This document shows positions 32,501-40,230 of a stretch of DNA of 64,000 nt, piece by piece. The position numbers and the translations under genes are program-made. The notes under the pieces were generated by a model. It did no database searches. It saw nothing but the letters and a program-made list of their open reading frames with translations, and was not told where the DNA came from. Where the stretch lies: the IMG/VR virus record IMGVR_UViG_3300021400_000046, positions 32,001 through 96,000 of that record. One strand, 5' to 3'. How positions within the stretch are numbered: the stretch's first letter is position 1; every line of letters begins with the position of its first letter. The stretch is from a virus. Its lineage: Duplodnaviria; Caudoviricetes.

Positions 32501-34554
32501 ATTGGATTGTCCCTGATACTACAATTCTGAATGCAATGGCGAATATGTTCTATTCTCTCGTGACTGGTAGTGTTTATGTTGGCGGCGCAATTAGAAATCA
32601 AGAGCTTGCCACTTATGCACAGAAATGGAACGATCTTGAAGTTACATATGAAGCTACTAACCTTGTTACACAGTATTTAGTCACATATGTGAATGCAGAC
32701 GATGAAAGCACGGTTTTATATACTACCTATGTTGATAGAGGTTCTGTACCGCCTGATCCATATGCAACTGGCGCAATTTCTAAACCAACACTTGCAGAGG
32801 ACGAACAATATTCTTACAGCTTTGGTACGGTAGAAGATGGAGAATACGTAGCAGGAAGCGGCTGGACTGATATGAGTGACCCTGTTCTTGCTGCAAAAAC
32901 AATTACTGCTGTTTATACTAAAACGCCACAAGTTTACACAGTCTCTTGGTATTTAAGACCTGGTTTGCGTATTACATCTGTCTCTGCTAATTACGGAGAT
33001 GAAATTGTCTATGAAGGTGATACGCCCGTTAATGAGGACGAAGAAGGTCAATACATTTATAATGTTTTCAAGGGTTGGGATAAGTCAACAGGATATATTC
33101 GTGGGAATACTGATGTGTATGCTCTTTGGGAACGTGCGCCATTACCGCCAGTTGGAAAAGATATGGCAGATATGACTCCTGGAGAAATCTTCGCTGTTAC
33201 AAAGTCAGGTAATTCAGCCAATTATTTCGAGGATAAGGATAGAACCATTATTACGCTTGGCAATGATTTTGAATTTACGAATGTTGAAAGTGAAGTTCTT
33301 GCACAAGATTTGTATTTGGACGGTACAACTACAGTTGTGAAGGATATTGTGTTGTTTGGTGAAAACTCACCTTCGTTTACGCTTGCAGTTGATTTCAGGT
33401 TTACTAATTTATCTGATGCAAACAATACTTTAATCTCGTGCTATGAAGAAGATGGTTCAGAAGGATTTAGACTCAGATTTAATACCAATCCTGATATTCA
33501 ATGGGGCGACAAAACCCTCAATGTTGGTTATAGAGGGTATAGAGATATTGTTGTTCTCCGTCATACCGCTGGTGATGATAAACTGTATGTGTACAGTTCA
33601 AATGGTAGTGCTTCTTCATTTAGAAATGATGTTTCATCAAATGTTCTTACAAGAAGTAGATCAACAGTTTCGTCACAAAAACTTACTCTCGGAGCAATTC
33701 GGTTTGTTTCCGATGGTGGTTTTGATGATTATGGACGTGGATATATCTATTGGGCAAAAATTTGGTTTGATGATCTTGGCGAGACAAATGCTAAGTTGCT
33801 TGCGGCTTGGACGCACGATCAGTTACCATACGAATATTGCGGCACAGAAAGATATAGAATCACTGGTGGAAGTCAAAGAACAAACGCATCTTTCATTCAG
33901 AACTGTGAATTTGGTGATAGACTGAGACAGATGAACAGTTCAAATACAAATGTTGGTGGTTGGGACGATTGCCAAATGCGTAAAAATTTCTTCCTTAATC
34001 GGTTCCCCAATGCTTATCCACAAGTTTGGCGTTCAATGATTAAGAAGGTTAAGATTAGTGCAACTGCTGGTAATAAGTCAACATCAATCACTGTTTCTGA
34101 TGATTACTCCTATCTTGCTGCTTATGCTGAGATGTTTTCCACGTCTGATACAGCTTATGTTGCTGAAGGTAGTAAGATTTCTTGGTTTACAACAGACATT
34201 CGTAGGGCAAAATTCAGAGGCATTCCGATCCCGGAAGATGTAACATACTATACTGATAGTTCTGATCCGTCTACAGTTTCAGGGCGTACAATTTCGGTTG
34301 GCGACGTATGGAAAAAAGGTACTGGTACAGTGTACATTTATGCTGACACGGAAACAATTCGCTATTATGGTTTGTCAACTTCTGATGCAGTTAGTGCTTC
34401 AATAGGAGGCTATTGGATTGCGGCCTACAACTTCTGGTTGCGCTCTCCGTATGTGACGAGCACCGCGTACTTCTGGTTTGTCAATACCAGTGGTAGCGCC
34501 AGCAACAACGGCGCGAACAACTCCTATGCGGTTGTTCCCTGCTTCTCTATCTGA
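26566..34554 (+). CDS. Giant multidomain tail adhesin / receptor-binding protein; DGR target
   Basis: GGAGG RBS before ATG 26566 (2662 aa); BppU-like N-terminus, CotH-kinase-like region, LRRs, InlB-B-like repeats, LamG-like domains, C-terminal DUF6273/CLec-type domain ending FWLRSP...VVPCFSI. Confidence 0.85.
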   Translation: MDILVNVANQKLKIATNLKSLVAGTQEFVRFVFNLNGDWDGLMTFAQFRQNGVAYNQYLDENNSAYLPSEIGVGTCTLMLYGSNQNTIATTNYLTLTVDENILVSDAQSTEISQSLYQQLVTRVNTLLTWNEQNAADLNAVDRDLQQQINTKAAASDLTTEIARAKAAEKSNADAIATKASQSEVDQLSIKVTQLESNEVVANLIQQAVENEIETYLNNGTLASMTIGDGSIARAKVNSDFEATLTKADTAMQPSVYDPQNLRVDVFSYAQGRADMVQLNVNNVVNEIRGAYSLTDTISYTNLGDALRGAVTLSRNYAQALLADYKAFTISIVDDLPLVGNSQTFYLVPKDSGTGYDKYWYITDSNGDAVWDVFGGSSTVVVTELPVTGEEDVDYILRSSSGCLYYKWIDGVWQVVAGSIASVISSLPATGNEFTDYYLLTENGVYVHYRYINGHFHSIGTETYTSDELDTMLAGLREDIDRNEQSIETNTTNIASLSRTVDRLRSDLDEIDTEGYTYYHTITTDDNNNKVLTLWQVHGSDEEIASQTILPATGGGGGSTPSTSTTLTVDRVTPSPLIITTTDSANITIDFSSVDGDGETVDGVYTWKSGSNVIMSGTLVQGRNTFDLSQYVSVGTQKFTLIVTDEGGSTVVKSWTVQKVDVRIESSFSDRYTTAIGRSVSFTYTPYGAVNKTVHFKLDGVETTTTTSASGTLQSYTITPQTHGSHLLEVWITATINNTSVETNHIYKDIIWYDSEEDDAVIGCIYRYDYYGTVTARQYDTTSIVYNVFDPTTSYPVVKRYIDDVLIDTSTLTTSNNTWNYKSDTIGTHTLKIVCRNTIVTIEMNIVELGIDVSPITGGLELDFNPTGITNSSDNRLWSNENYHMSVSNNFDWANGGYKTDENGHSYFLIKAGTRATFDYKMFSGGIDGNPSVVGAEMKIIFKTENVQDANAVWLTNVETTTTDVEGQTTTTNVGIQMSVHNGWLKTNNASDTDVEEGEGDDSETVAATNTYLYMPYSEEDIIEMDINVDTLSREDETAKAFVMAYEDGVPSKAYVYDSGDRFYQYDPKNLVIGSDYCDVRIYRLKFYSTSLNTNGIMRNFIADARDSTEMLDRYDRNSIYYNRETNKYTPYSGEGVLDPERLAPVVPNVKILMLDTDHFTTSKKTFVKSTLRCIHAPGGDLYEGDPYYDNWLFENGYHAGQGTTSDNYGNAGRNVDFLFNADGTHKPSDKVDAEAGYVSQVTLGYNTENATTERVTDWKGDSGKITLTRGSIPNNFFNLKVNIASSENVNNALLQKRYNDYLPYISPAKRRDPRTKNDMEFVPAILFIRENNPDVTTHNEFLDTEWHFYALGNIGDSKKTDYTRAYDPTDMNEFTIEISDNTKNNATFQTGVYLDGNNQRQIETFTIADDGSPVSVEKPSAFVYPITLSEWNDSRNMRRWALYNEDFDGDHSFEPRYACCGDYRDGKLVNDTSGRGKAQVKINNDVWRAFYRWVVTSTDQEFVDELAEWVVPEAMEFFYAFTHNYTMMDNRAKNTFWHFAKTGTYRKMSKPVKELLHVYCELIDDEYVLTEDTEIDSNKTYYSQYAFDLWCYDTDTGLGINNNGELVFPYGKEDTDYNIEGNPSSGYVFNGATSVFWCRLRDLLPGEIRTMFNTTVAADCFSSTSLINQFDAFQECFPEEIWRLDIQRKYIRTFTGESIDNSKPKHDVQYLRDMMQGRKKYQRRQWTRDQEIYFGTKNLMNTVVGDDNRITFRCFTPTGDDIVVPPDYTLRIKPYSDMYLSVMFGNGGTQQVRAKAGVEYTIECPLSTMDDTQVTIYGANRIQELSDLSACYIAANNFSMATKLRKLVLGNTTEGYNNSRLVSLTLGNNKLLEELDIRNCANLTGSLNLSQSSNLLRLYAEGTRITGVTFATNGKVQLAHLPNTINTLIMRNLNDLVDFDANLNRLETLTLQGGTLNSLDVVTDSINTLQVLYLYDIDWIVPDTTILNAMANMFYSLVTGSVYVGGAIRNQELATYAQKWNDLEVTYEATNLVTQYLVTYVNADDESTVLYTTYVDRGSVPPDPYATGAISKPTLAEDEQYSYSFGTVEDGEYVAGSGWTDMSDPVLAAKTITAVYTKTPQVYTVSWYLRPGLRITSVSANYGDEIVYEGDTPVNEDEEGQYIYNVFKGWDKSTGYIRGNTDVYALWERAPLPPVGKDMADMTPGEIFAVTKSGNSANYFEDKDRTIITLGNDFEFTNVESEVLAQDLYLDGTTTVVKDIVLFGENSPSFTLAVDFRFTNLSDANNTLISCYEEDGSEGFRLRFNTNPDIQWGDKTLNVGYRGYRDIVVLRHTAGDDKLYVYSSNGSASSFRNDVSSNVLTRSRSTVSSQKLTLGAIRFVSDGGFDDYGRGYIYWAKIWFDDLGETNAKLLAAWTHDQLPYEYCGTERYRITGGSQRTNASFIQNCEFGDRLRQMNSSNTNVGGWDDCQMRKNFFLNRFPNAYPQVWRSMIKKVKISATAGNKSTSITVSDDYSYLAAYAEMFSTSDTAYVAEGSKISWFTTDIRRAKFRGIPIPEDVTYYTDSSDPSTVSGRTISVGDVWKKGTGTVYIYADTETIRYYGLSTSDAVSASIGGYWIAAYNFWLRSPYVTSTAYFWFVNTSGSASNNGANNSYAVVPCFSI
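34417..34545 (+). repeat. DGR variable repeat (VR)
   Basis: 129-bp copy of 35538-35666; all 12 mismatches fall at TR adenines. Confidence 0.97.
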
Positions 34555-34571
34555 CAATCGTTAATACAAAA

Positions 34572-34638
34572 CAACGGCTCACTCCTTGGCAATACAATGG
34601 GTGGGTCGTTGCATTATATCTGGCGGCTTTGACCGCCA
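34572..34638 (+). promoter_or_regulatory. Hairpins downstream of VR (candidate DGR homing/IMH-associated structure)
   Basis: CAACGGCTCACTC/GGGTGGGTCGTTG stem (34572-34611, with G-T pairs) and TGGCGG-CTTTGA-CCGCCA (34621-34638). Confidence 0.55.
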
Positions 34639-34660
34639 TATCTTGAATGGAGAAAAAGAA

Positions 34661-35452
34661 ATGTCAGTTTTGCGCAGTAAAAGAAGTATTGCTCAAACAG
34701 AGTTTGAAAATACTTTTGAAAAATTATATCAACATAGTAAATCGCAAACATCAAAAGTTCCTAAGAGAAGAAAAAGATGGATTTGCTATAATATTGATAG
34801 GATAATGAACGAGTTATACAATGAAATAATGGAACTCAATGAAGGGATTTATTTAAGAGAATATACAGATGAAGAAAAAATTGAACATCTGCGGAAAATC
34901 CTAATCTTGTTACATTCTATAGAAAAACCATTATTTGTTTTCTGGAATATCCAAGATTACGAAATGAGAAAAATGATTTCTTGGTGTAAACTCCTTCAAT
35001 CAGAATTTGATTTACTAATTAATATGTCTGGATTTAAGAAAAAATACAGATTTTGCGTTTTAGATCGGAAAAGAATTAGAGAAGTTGACTTTTTAAGAAA
35101 CATGAGCGAATTTCATAAATATGTTCATGGGAAAGTAGTAAATGCTCCATGCGCACATGATGATACTTCTGGCAGTTTGTTAATTAAATTGGTTGATGAT
35201 GCTTTTTATGATGTAATGGAAGCAAATAAGAAAATACCAGAAACAAGTTCTCAATTCAAAAAGAGAAAAGAACATATTGCTCATGCAATTAAGAGTTTAT
35301 ACAAAATACAACGTCAAACAATCTTCTATTTTAATTTGATGGGATATAGCGAAAATGTAATGAATGAATGGAGCAATTATCTAACTACTGAAATTAAATT
35401 ATTACAGGCGTTGCAAAAATCTGATTCAAAAAGATTTCAAGATTTAGAATAA
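34661..35452 (+). CDS. avd: DGR accessory variability determinant with two tandem Avd-like domains
   Basis: MSVLRSKR start after GGAG RBS; lies between VR and TR; 263 aa made of two alignable ~130-aa halves. Confidence 0.8.
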   Translation: MSVLRSKRSIAQTEFENTFEKLYQHSKSQTSKVPKRRKRWICYNIDRIMNELYNEIMELNEGIYLREYTDEEKIEHLRKILILLHSIEKPLFVFWNIQDYEMRKMISWCKLLQSEFDLLINMSGFKKKYRFCVLDRKRIREVDFLRNMSEFHKYVHGKVVNAPCAHDDTSGSLLIKLVDDAFYDVMEANKKIPETSSQFKKRKEHIAHAIKSLYKIQRQTIFYFNLMGYSENVMNEWSNYLTTEIKLLQALQKSDSKRFQDLE

Positions 35453-35537
35453 TTTAGGTTTTGTGCGGCAATATGCCGCTTAAAATATTTGGTTATGTTT
35501 TATAAATACACCGCTGTTTCGGTTCGCTGTGTTGAGT

Positions 35538-35666
35538 ATTGCGGCCTACAACTTCTGGTTGCGCTCTCCGAATGTGACGAACACCACGAACTTCTGGAAT
35601 GTCAATACCAGTGGTAGCAACAACAACAACAACGCGAACAACTCCTATGCGGTTGTTCCCTGATTC
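35538..35666 (+). ncRNA. DGR template repeat (TR)
   Basis: Intergenic AAC-rich copy of VR (13 AAY codons) between avd and RT. Confidence 0.95.
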
Positions 35667-35947
35667 CCATATATCAAGTAACCATATTATAAGGGCGAAG
35701 GGTTATTCGATGGAATAAATATATGAGAAGGAAAATATAACCATCTGTGTTTGTCACAGTAAATATGCTGTTGTAACGGATTAATTACAACATAGTTTTG
35801 GTACTATTTCGTATGCCTATGGAAGTCATGCTTATTTTTAGCAATTCATAGAACAATCCCTATCAGTTCTTACGAAGTTGCAGAGGCATTTGTTGGCGCA
35901 AAATAGGGATAAAATCAGCCAACACGGAAGCTACCAAATCAAGTTTT

Positions 35948-37273
35948 ATGAAGGAACGAGGAATGAATAAGTATCAAAGAATTAAGAAAAGAATAGAGCG
36001 CGACAAACTGCGCAAACAAATGAAATTACTTGAACGCAATATTTTATATGGTGATTTTGATGGTATTATTACTTATCAAAATTTTGTTGAAGCATTGAAG
36101 AAATGTAAAGTTGGAGTAAATTGGAAAGGCAGTGTTCAAGTATATACAGAAAAGCCTATTAGTGAAATATCAAAAGCGAGAAAGAAACTAATAAAGCGTG
36201 AACTGCCTAAAATAACAAGTTTCAAAAAGATAGTAATTTATGAGCGTGGTAAAGCTCGAATAATTGTACCAATAAAGATTCAAGATAGGATGATTCAAAG
36301 AGTAATTTGCGACAACGCGCTTGTTCCAATGTTTAAGGATTATCTTATCTATGATAATGGAGCAAGCACTAAGGGTAAGGGCGTAGAATTTGCAAGAGCA
36401 AGATTAGAAACTCATATTAGAAAGGCACAAAAGAAATACGGATCAGATAACCTATACGCTCTTGTGTTTGATTTTAAGAATTTCTTTGGAAGCATCCCAC
36501 ATAAAACTTGCCTTAATGTATTATATGAGAAGTTTATAGATAGCAGTCTTATAAATATCATTATGGATATTATTAAATCATATAGCCGAAATGATATAAA
36601 TACTTTAAGCGACAAAGAATTGCGAGATAGAAAACTCAAATTATTAGAAGGGAATAACCTCGCAGGCATTTGCCTTGGAAGTCAAATATCGCAGATAATG
36701 GCTCTTGTTGTTCCAAATAAATTGGATCATTTTGTAAAAGACCAATGTGGTATGAAACATTATATGCGGTATATGGATGATGGAATTATCTTGTTTAATG
36801 ATAAGAAAGCATTAAAGAAACTATACTCGCGCATGAAAACAGTTTGTGAAAGTCTTGGTTTAACATTTAACAGTAAGAAAACGCGGATTGTGAAAATGAC
36901 AAAGGGCATTACATTTATGAAGATCAAGTACAAAATAGTTGGAGACAGGCTTGTGAAAAAACTTTCTCGATCAAGTATAGTGCGAATGAGAAGAAAGCTA
37001 AAGAAGTTCAGAAAACTCGTTGACAATGGCAAAATGAAATTAGATGATGTATACAATTCTATCCAATCTTGGGTTGCTCATTCAAAACGTGCAATGTCGT
37101 ATAAAACAAGGAATGAAATGCTTGAATTATATGATAAACTGTTTGATGGTTATAAAATGACAAAGAGATATTACTATTTGGTAGAAAATAAGATAAGAGG
37201 GAGGAATGTACCTGATGAAGTATTACAAGATGATAAGTGGTACGAATATCGTTGGGGTAGTTACGCAGCTTAG
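35948..37273 (+). CDS. DGR reverse transcriptase
   Basis: ERGKARII, DRMIQR, FDFKNFF, GICLGSQISQ (DGR-type SQ) and YMRYMDD motifs; adjacent TR/VR; start may be ATG 35963. Confidence 0.95.
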   Translation: MKERGMNKYQRIKKRIERDKLRKQMKLLERNILYGDFDGIITYQNFVEALKKCKVGVNWKGSVQVYTEKPISEISKARKKLIKRELPKITSFKKIVIYERGKARIIVPIKIQDRMIQRVICDNALVPMFKDYLIYDNGASTKGKGVEFARARLETHIRKAQKKYGSDNLYALVFDFKNFFGSIPHKTCLNVLYEKFIDSSLINIIMDIIKSYSRNDINTLSDKELRDRKLKLLEGNNLAGICLGSQISQIMALVVPNKLDHFVKDQCGMKHYMRYMDDGIILFNDKKALKKLYSRMKTVCESLGLTFNSKKTRIVKMTKGITFMKIKYKIVGDRLVKKLSRSSIVRMRRKLKKFRKLVDNGKMKLDDVYNSIQSWVAHSKRAMSYKTRNEMLELYDKLFDGYKMTKRYYYLVENKIRGRNVPDEVLQDDKWYEYRWGSYAA

Positions 37274-37982
37274 TTTTGTAAGATTCCGACCAAAACATAA
37301 GACACTAAATAATTGTGAAATAAGTGTCGCTCAATATGTTCTTTATGACGGAAATTTATATAGGGATAGTTGGCTGTTCAAATTATCTGGTTCTGAGGGG
37401 CTTGAATATTCAGAGGTTAAGATCGTTGAAATAGGCGAAGAAGAATATAACACACTTATTGCAGCATTTGAAAAGAATGAAGAAATTACTGAAACCACGC
37501 AAGAGGAAGAAGTGCAAATCCCAGAAGAACAGGTAGAAGATAACCCAACCATTGATTTTGTAAAAGCATCAAAACTCGCAGAGATTAGTCATGCGTGTAA
37601 TGTAATTATCACTAATGGTTTTGATATTGTATTAAGTGATGGCGAAACACATCATTTTTCACTAACTACACAAGACCAATTAAACCTAATTACATTATCT
37701 TCAATGGCTGCGAGTGGAGAAACTATGATCCCATATCACGCAGATGGCGAACTCTGTAAGTTCTATTCACCGGAAGATATAACTTCAATTGTTAATTATG
37801 CAACACAGTTCAAAACATATCATGTGTCTTATCACAATGCGCTTAAATTATATGTTGAGTCGCTTGATGATTTAGCACAGATTGGAGGTATTGAATACGG
37901 AATTGACATTCCGATTGAATTTCAATCAGATGTATTGAAAGTGTTGAATGGGAGAAGTGAAGAAAATGAAACAAATCCATAA
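37215..37982 (+). CDS. DUF4376-like tail fibre-associated protein
   Basis: KLAEISHAC...HFSLTTQDQLNL...YHADGELC; overlaps the RT 3' end. Confidence 0.65.
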   Translation: MKYYKMISGTNIVGVVTQLSFVRFRPKHKTLNNCEISVAQYVLYDGNLYRDSWLFKLSGSEGLEYSEVKIVEIGEEEYNTLIAAFEKNEEITETTQEEEVQIPEEQVEDNPTIDFVKASKLAEISHACNVIITNGFDIVLSDGETHHFSLTTQDQLNLITLSSMAASGETMIPYHADGELCKFYSPEDITSIVNYATQFKTYHVSYHNALKLYVESLDDLAQIGGIEYGIDIPIEFQSDVLKVLNGRSEENETNP

Positions 37983-38415
37983 AAGAATGTTTTTATTTCT
38001 TCTTGGTTTCATGGCTTACATTACTATCGAGGTTTGTTTCCGTGGTTATTCATATCCGCTAATGGGGCTTTGTGGCGGTTTCGCATTACTTATCATGGAT
38101 CAAATTAATAACAAAATTTCTTGGGACTTTGATTTGCTATTGCAAGGGCTAATCGGCTCTGCACTAATAACATCGTTTGAGTTTATTATTGGAGAACTAT
38201 TCTTACATGGGTATCTTCCTGTTATGTGGGACTATTCGCATTCTTTTCTTAATTATAAGGGTATTGTCTGTCTGCCCTTTAGTTTATTATGGTTCGTTCT
38301 TTCTATTGGCGCGATTTTCTGTGCCGATGCAATAAACTATTATTTTTTTAATGAATTACCTGTTCCGCACTACAAAGTGTTTGGAAAAACTATCTTCTCG
38401 TTCAAGCAAAAATAA
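37966..38415 (+). CDS. Multi-pass membrane protein (family often annotated as putative ABC permease)
   Basis: IEVCFRGYS..MGLCGG and WDYS...NYKG.VCLPFS motifs. Confidence 0.65.
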   Translation: MKQIHKRMFLFLLGFMAYITIEVCFRGYSYPLMGLCGGFALLIMDQINNKISWDFDLLLQGLIGSALITSFEFIIGELFLHGYLPVMWDYSHSFLNYKGIVCLPFSLLWFVLSIGAIFCADAINYYFFNELPVPHYKVFGKTIFSFKQK

Positions 38416-38431
38416 GATCATTTATATATAG

Positions 38432-38470
38432 AGGGCTATAAGATGTTCAGTCTTATAGCCCTTGATTTTT
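38432..38470 (+). terminator. End-of-late-operon terminator
   Basis: AGGGCTATAAGA-7 nt-TCTTATAGCCCT then TGATTTTT. Confidence 0.75.
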
Positions 38471-38721
38471 GCGCTTTAGAGTTGTATAATACAGATAGCA
38501 CTCAAATGGTAACGGAATAATTCTGCTGTCATTTCAATGTTATTTGTTGGGTAATTGTTGCCGCTTTTCATCAACTGTTTTCTAACAATTTTTCTAACCA
38601 AATCGTTAGAAATTAAAATACCAACCTTTCGATGTTTGCGAATCAGTATTGGTTTTCTACTGATTTACCGGCTAATCTGCAAAATAGCAATAGTTGGGGA
38701 CTTACTTTCGATATTGTCAAA

Positions 38722-38777
38722 AGACTGTAAATCTGCTGGCACCGCCTTCGGTGGTTCGAATCCACCTTCCCCCACCA
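38722..38777 (+). other. att core: 3' half of tRNA-Tyr(GTA)
   Basis: AGACTGTAAATCT anticodon arm, variable arm, GGTTCGAATCC T-loop, CCA end; D-arm and 5' acceptor strand absent. Confidence 0.9.
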
Positions 38778-38785
38778 ATACGATT

Positions 38786-38820
38786 AACCGCTGAAAACGC
38801 TTGTTTTTGGCGGTTTTTCT
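38786..38820 (+). terminator. Terminator after the tRNA fragment (could also end integrase transcription)
   Basis: AACCGCTGAAAAC-GCTT-GTTTTTGGCGGTT then TTTCT. Confidence 0.65.
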
Positions 38821-38893
38821 TATGTTTTCGCAACTTTTTGGCACAGAATATTATCAACTAAGTCTTGAAAACATTTATGCGTTTTGCAGCTTT

Positions 38894-40072
38894 CTAACAG
38901 TTTTCTAACAATTCATCTATTGCAGTTGCCATCTTAGTTTTCGTTTTTGCTTGGAGATGCCCGTAAATGTTCATGGTTGTACTGATTGTGCTGTGTCCAG
39001 ACCACGCAGAAATTTCTTTCATATTCATATTCTTTTCAAGCAAGAGACTAACATTGGTATGGCGCAGTTCGTGCAGCCGGAGCCGTTTCATTCCTGCATT
39101 CTCGCACATCTTTGGGAAAACTCTGGTAACATACTCCAATGGAATCAAGTCGCCATTTACACGAACACAAACATAATCAGCCCATTCAAGGTTATACCCT
39201 GGATATTGTTTGCGCTTATCTTGCCATGCCTTTACGTTCTTCAAATATTCGATAGTTGCATCACTCATTGGGAAAGCACGGTACGAAGCGTCAGTTTTTG
39301 CAGTTGGTTTATAATGCGTGTTTGCTACTTTAGAGCCGCTTGACCCCCTATCCGACATTGTACCTCTGATATAAAGCACTTTGTTTTCAAAGTCAACACA
39401 GTCCCATCTTAGGCCAATGATTTCGCCACGCCTCAACCCAAACTTCGCAGCAAGATAAACAACAACTTCGATCTTTGAACTTTTGGCTACTTCAAGAATC
39501 TTCTTGCAATCTTCAATGGAGTAAAAATTTGCAAGATGTTTTTCTTTGGATGGAAGCTCAACTTTGTCTGAAGGATTGCTTTTAAGCCTATCTGTCTTTA
39601 CGGCGTATGAAAGACACTTATGGATATTTGCGTGATAATGATGGATTGTATTTGCCGATACCTTATCAGTCTCCATTTTGTAAGCATAGAAACTCTGAAT
39701 ATCAAATCCTTTAAGGTCACAGAGTTTAATTTTGCGTTCTCTGAAATAAGGACATATTACATTTTTTACTGTATTACGATAACTGTAATATGTTTCTTCG
39801 GAAATTGTATGTTTAGTTTCTTCTAACCATAAAAGAAGATAATCAGCAAATAAAATATCATTATCAAGGCTTGCGATTTTGCTATCCCATTCTGCAAGAA
39901 GTTCTTGCCGTTTCGCTTCAATCTTTCTTTTGTTGTTACCAGACGCACTTAGATCAGTCTTGATCCATTTTTGTTTTCTTTTTCGATTATCTCCAAGCCC
40001 AACATAATAACCAATTACGATGTAATAAACATCTCCTTTGGTTGCAATGCTTGCTGTTACTTTTGCCGCCAA
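38894..40072 (-). CDS. int: Site-specific integrase (tyrosine recombinase)
   Basis: GLRRGEI, HELRHT and GHSTISTTMNIY motifs; adjacent to att core; TTG start after AAGGAGG. Confidence 0.95.
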   Translation of the reverse strand: MAAKVTASIATKGDVYYIVIGYYVGLGDNRKRKQKWIKTDLSASGNNKRKIEAKRQELLAEWDSKIASLDNDILFADYLLLWLEETKHTISEETYYSYRNTVKNVICPYFRERKIKLCDLKGFDIQSFYAYKMETDKVSANTIHHYHANIHKCLSYAVKTDRLKSNPSDKVELPSKEKHLANFYSIEDCKKILEVAKSSKIEVVVYLAAKFGLRRGEIIGLRWDCVDFENKVLYIRGTMSDRGSSGSKVANTHYKPTAKTDASYRAFPMSDATIEYLKNVKAWQDKRKQYPGYNLEWADYVCVRVNGDLIPLEYVTRVFPKMCENAGMKRLRLHELRHTNVSLLLEKNMNMKEISAWSGHSTISTTMNIYGHLQAKTKTKMATAIDELLENC

Positions 40073-40113
40073 TTTGATAAACCTCCTTCTTTGCGGCAAC
40101 AATTACCGTTTGA

Positions 40114-40142
40114 ATTATAGCACATTTTATTTCTGCTTTCAA
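40114..40142 (-). promoter_or_regulatory. Sigma70-type integrase promoter
   Basis: TTGAAA-17 nt-TATAAT with extended -10 TG. Confidence 0.75.
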
Positions 40143-40195
40143 TCATTATTTTGCCTCCTTAATTGTAAAATATTAGAAAACAGATCGTTCAAATA

Positions 40196-40230
40196 AAAGG
40201 CAGTCAGCGAAAGCCAACTGCCTTTATTTT
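40196..40230 (-). terminator. Terminator ending the leftward early operon
   Basis: AAAGGCAGT...ACTGCCTTT with A/T flanks on both sides. Confidence 0.65.

Larger units (their letters stand above)
38578..38910. other. attP region: core plus five TTTCTAAC arm-type repeats
   Basis: TTTCTAAC at 38579, 38591, 38891, 38902 and inverted at 38605, flanking the tRNA fragment. Confidence 0.75.

Noticed and set aside
35608-35645. (AAC)n microsatellite or CRISPR-like repeat
   Set aside because: These are the mutable Asn codons of the TR; no repeat-spacer array was seen anywhere in the window
35948-37273. Group II intron or retron RT
   Set aside because: The SQ motif, adjacent avd and A-specific TR/VR pair identify a DGR; no maturase or endonuclease domain is evident
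38420-38432. Another NrdR-like box (TTATATATAG)
   Set aside because: Single copy, mismatch at the conserved C, and adjacent to a terminator in AT-rich sequence
38700-38777. Functional tRNA-Tyr gene
   Set aside because: No D-arm or 5' acceptor strand upstream of the anticodon stem; it is an att core fragment
38555-38794. 79-aa ORF
   Set aside because: Runs across the arm repeats and tRNA fragment with no RBS; spurious
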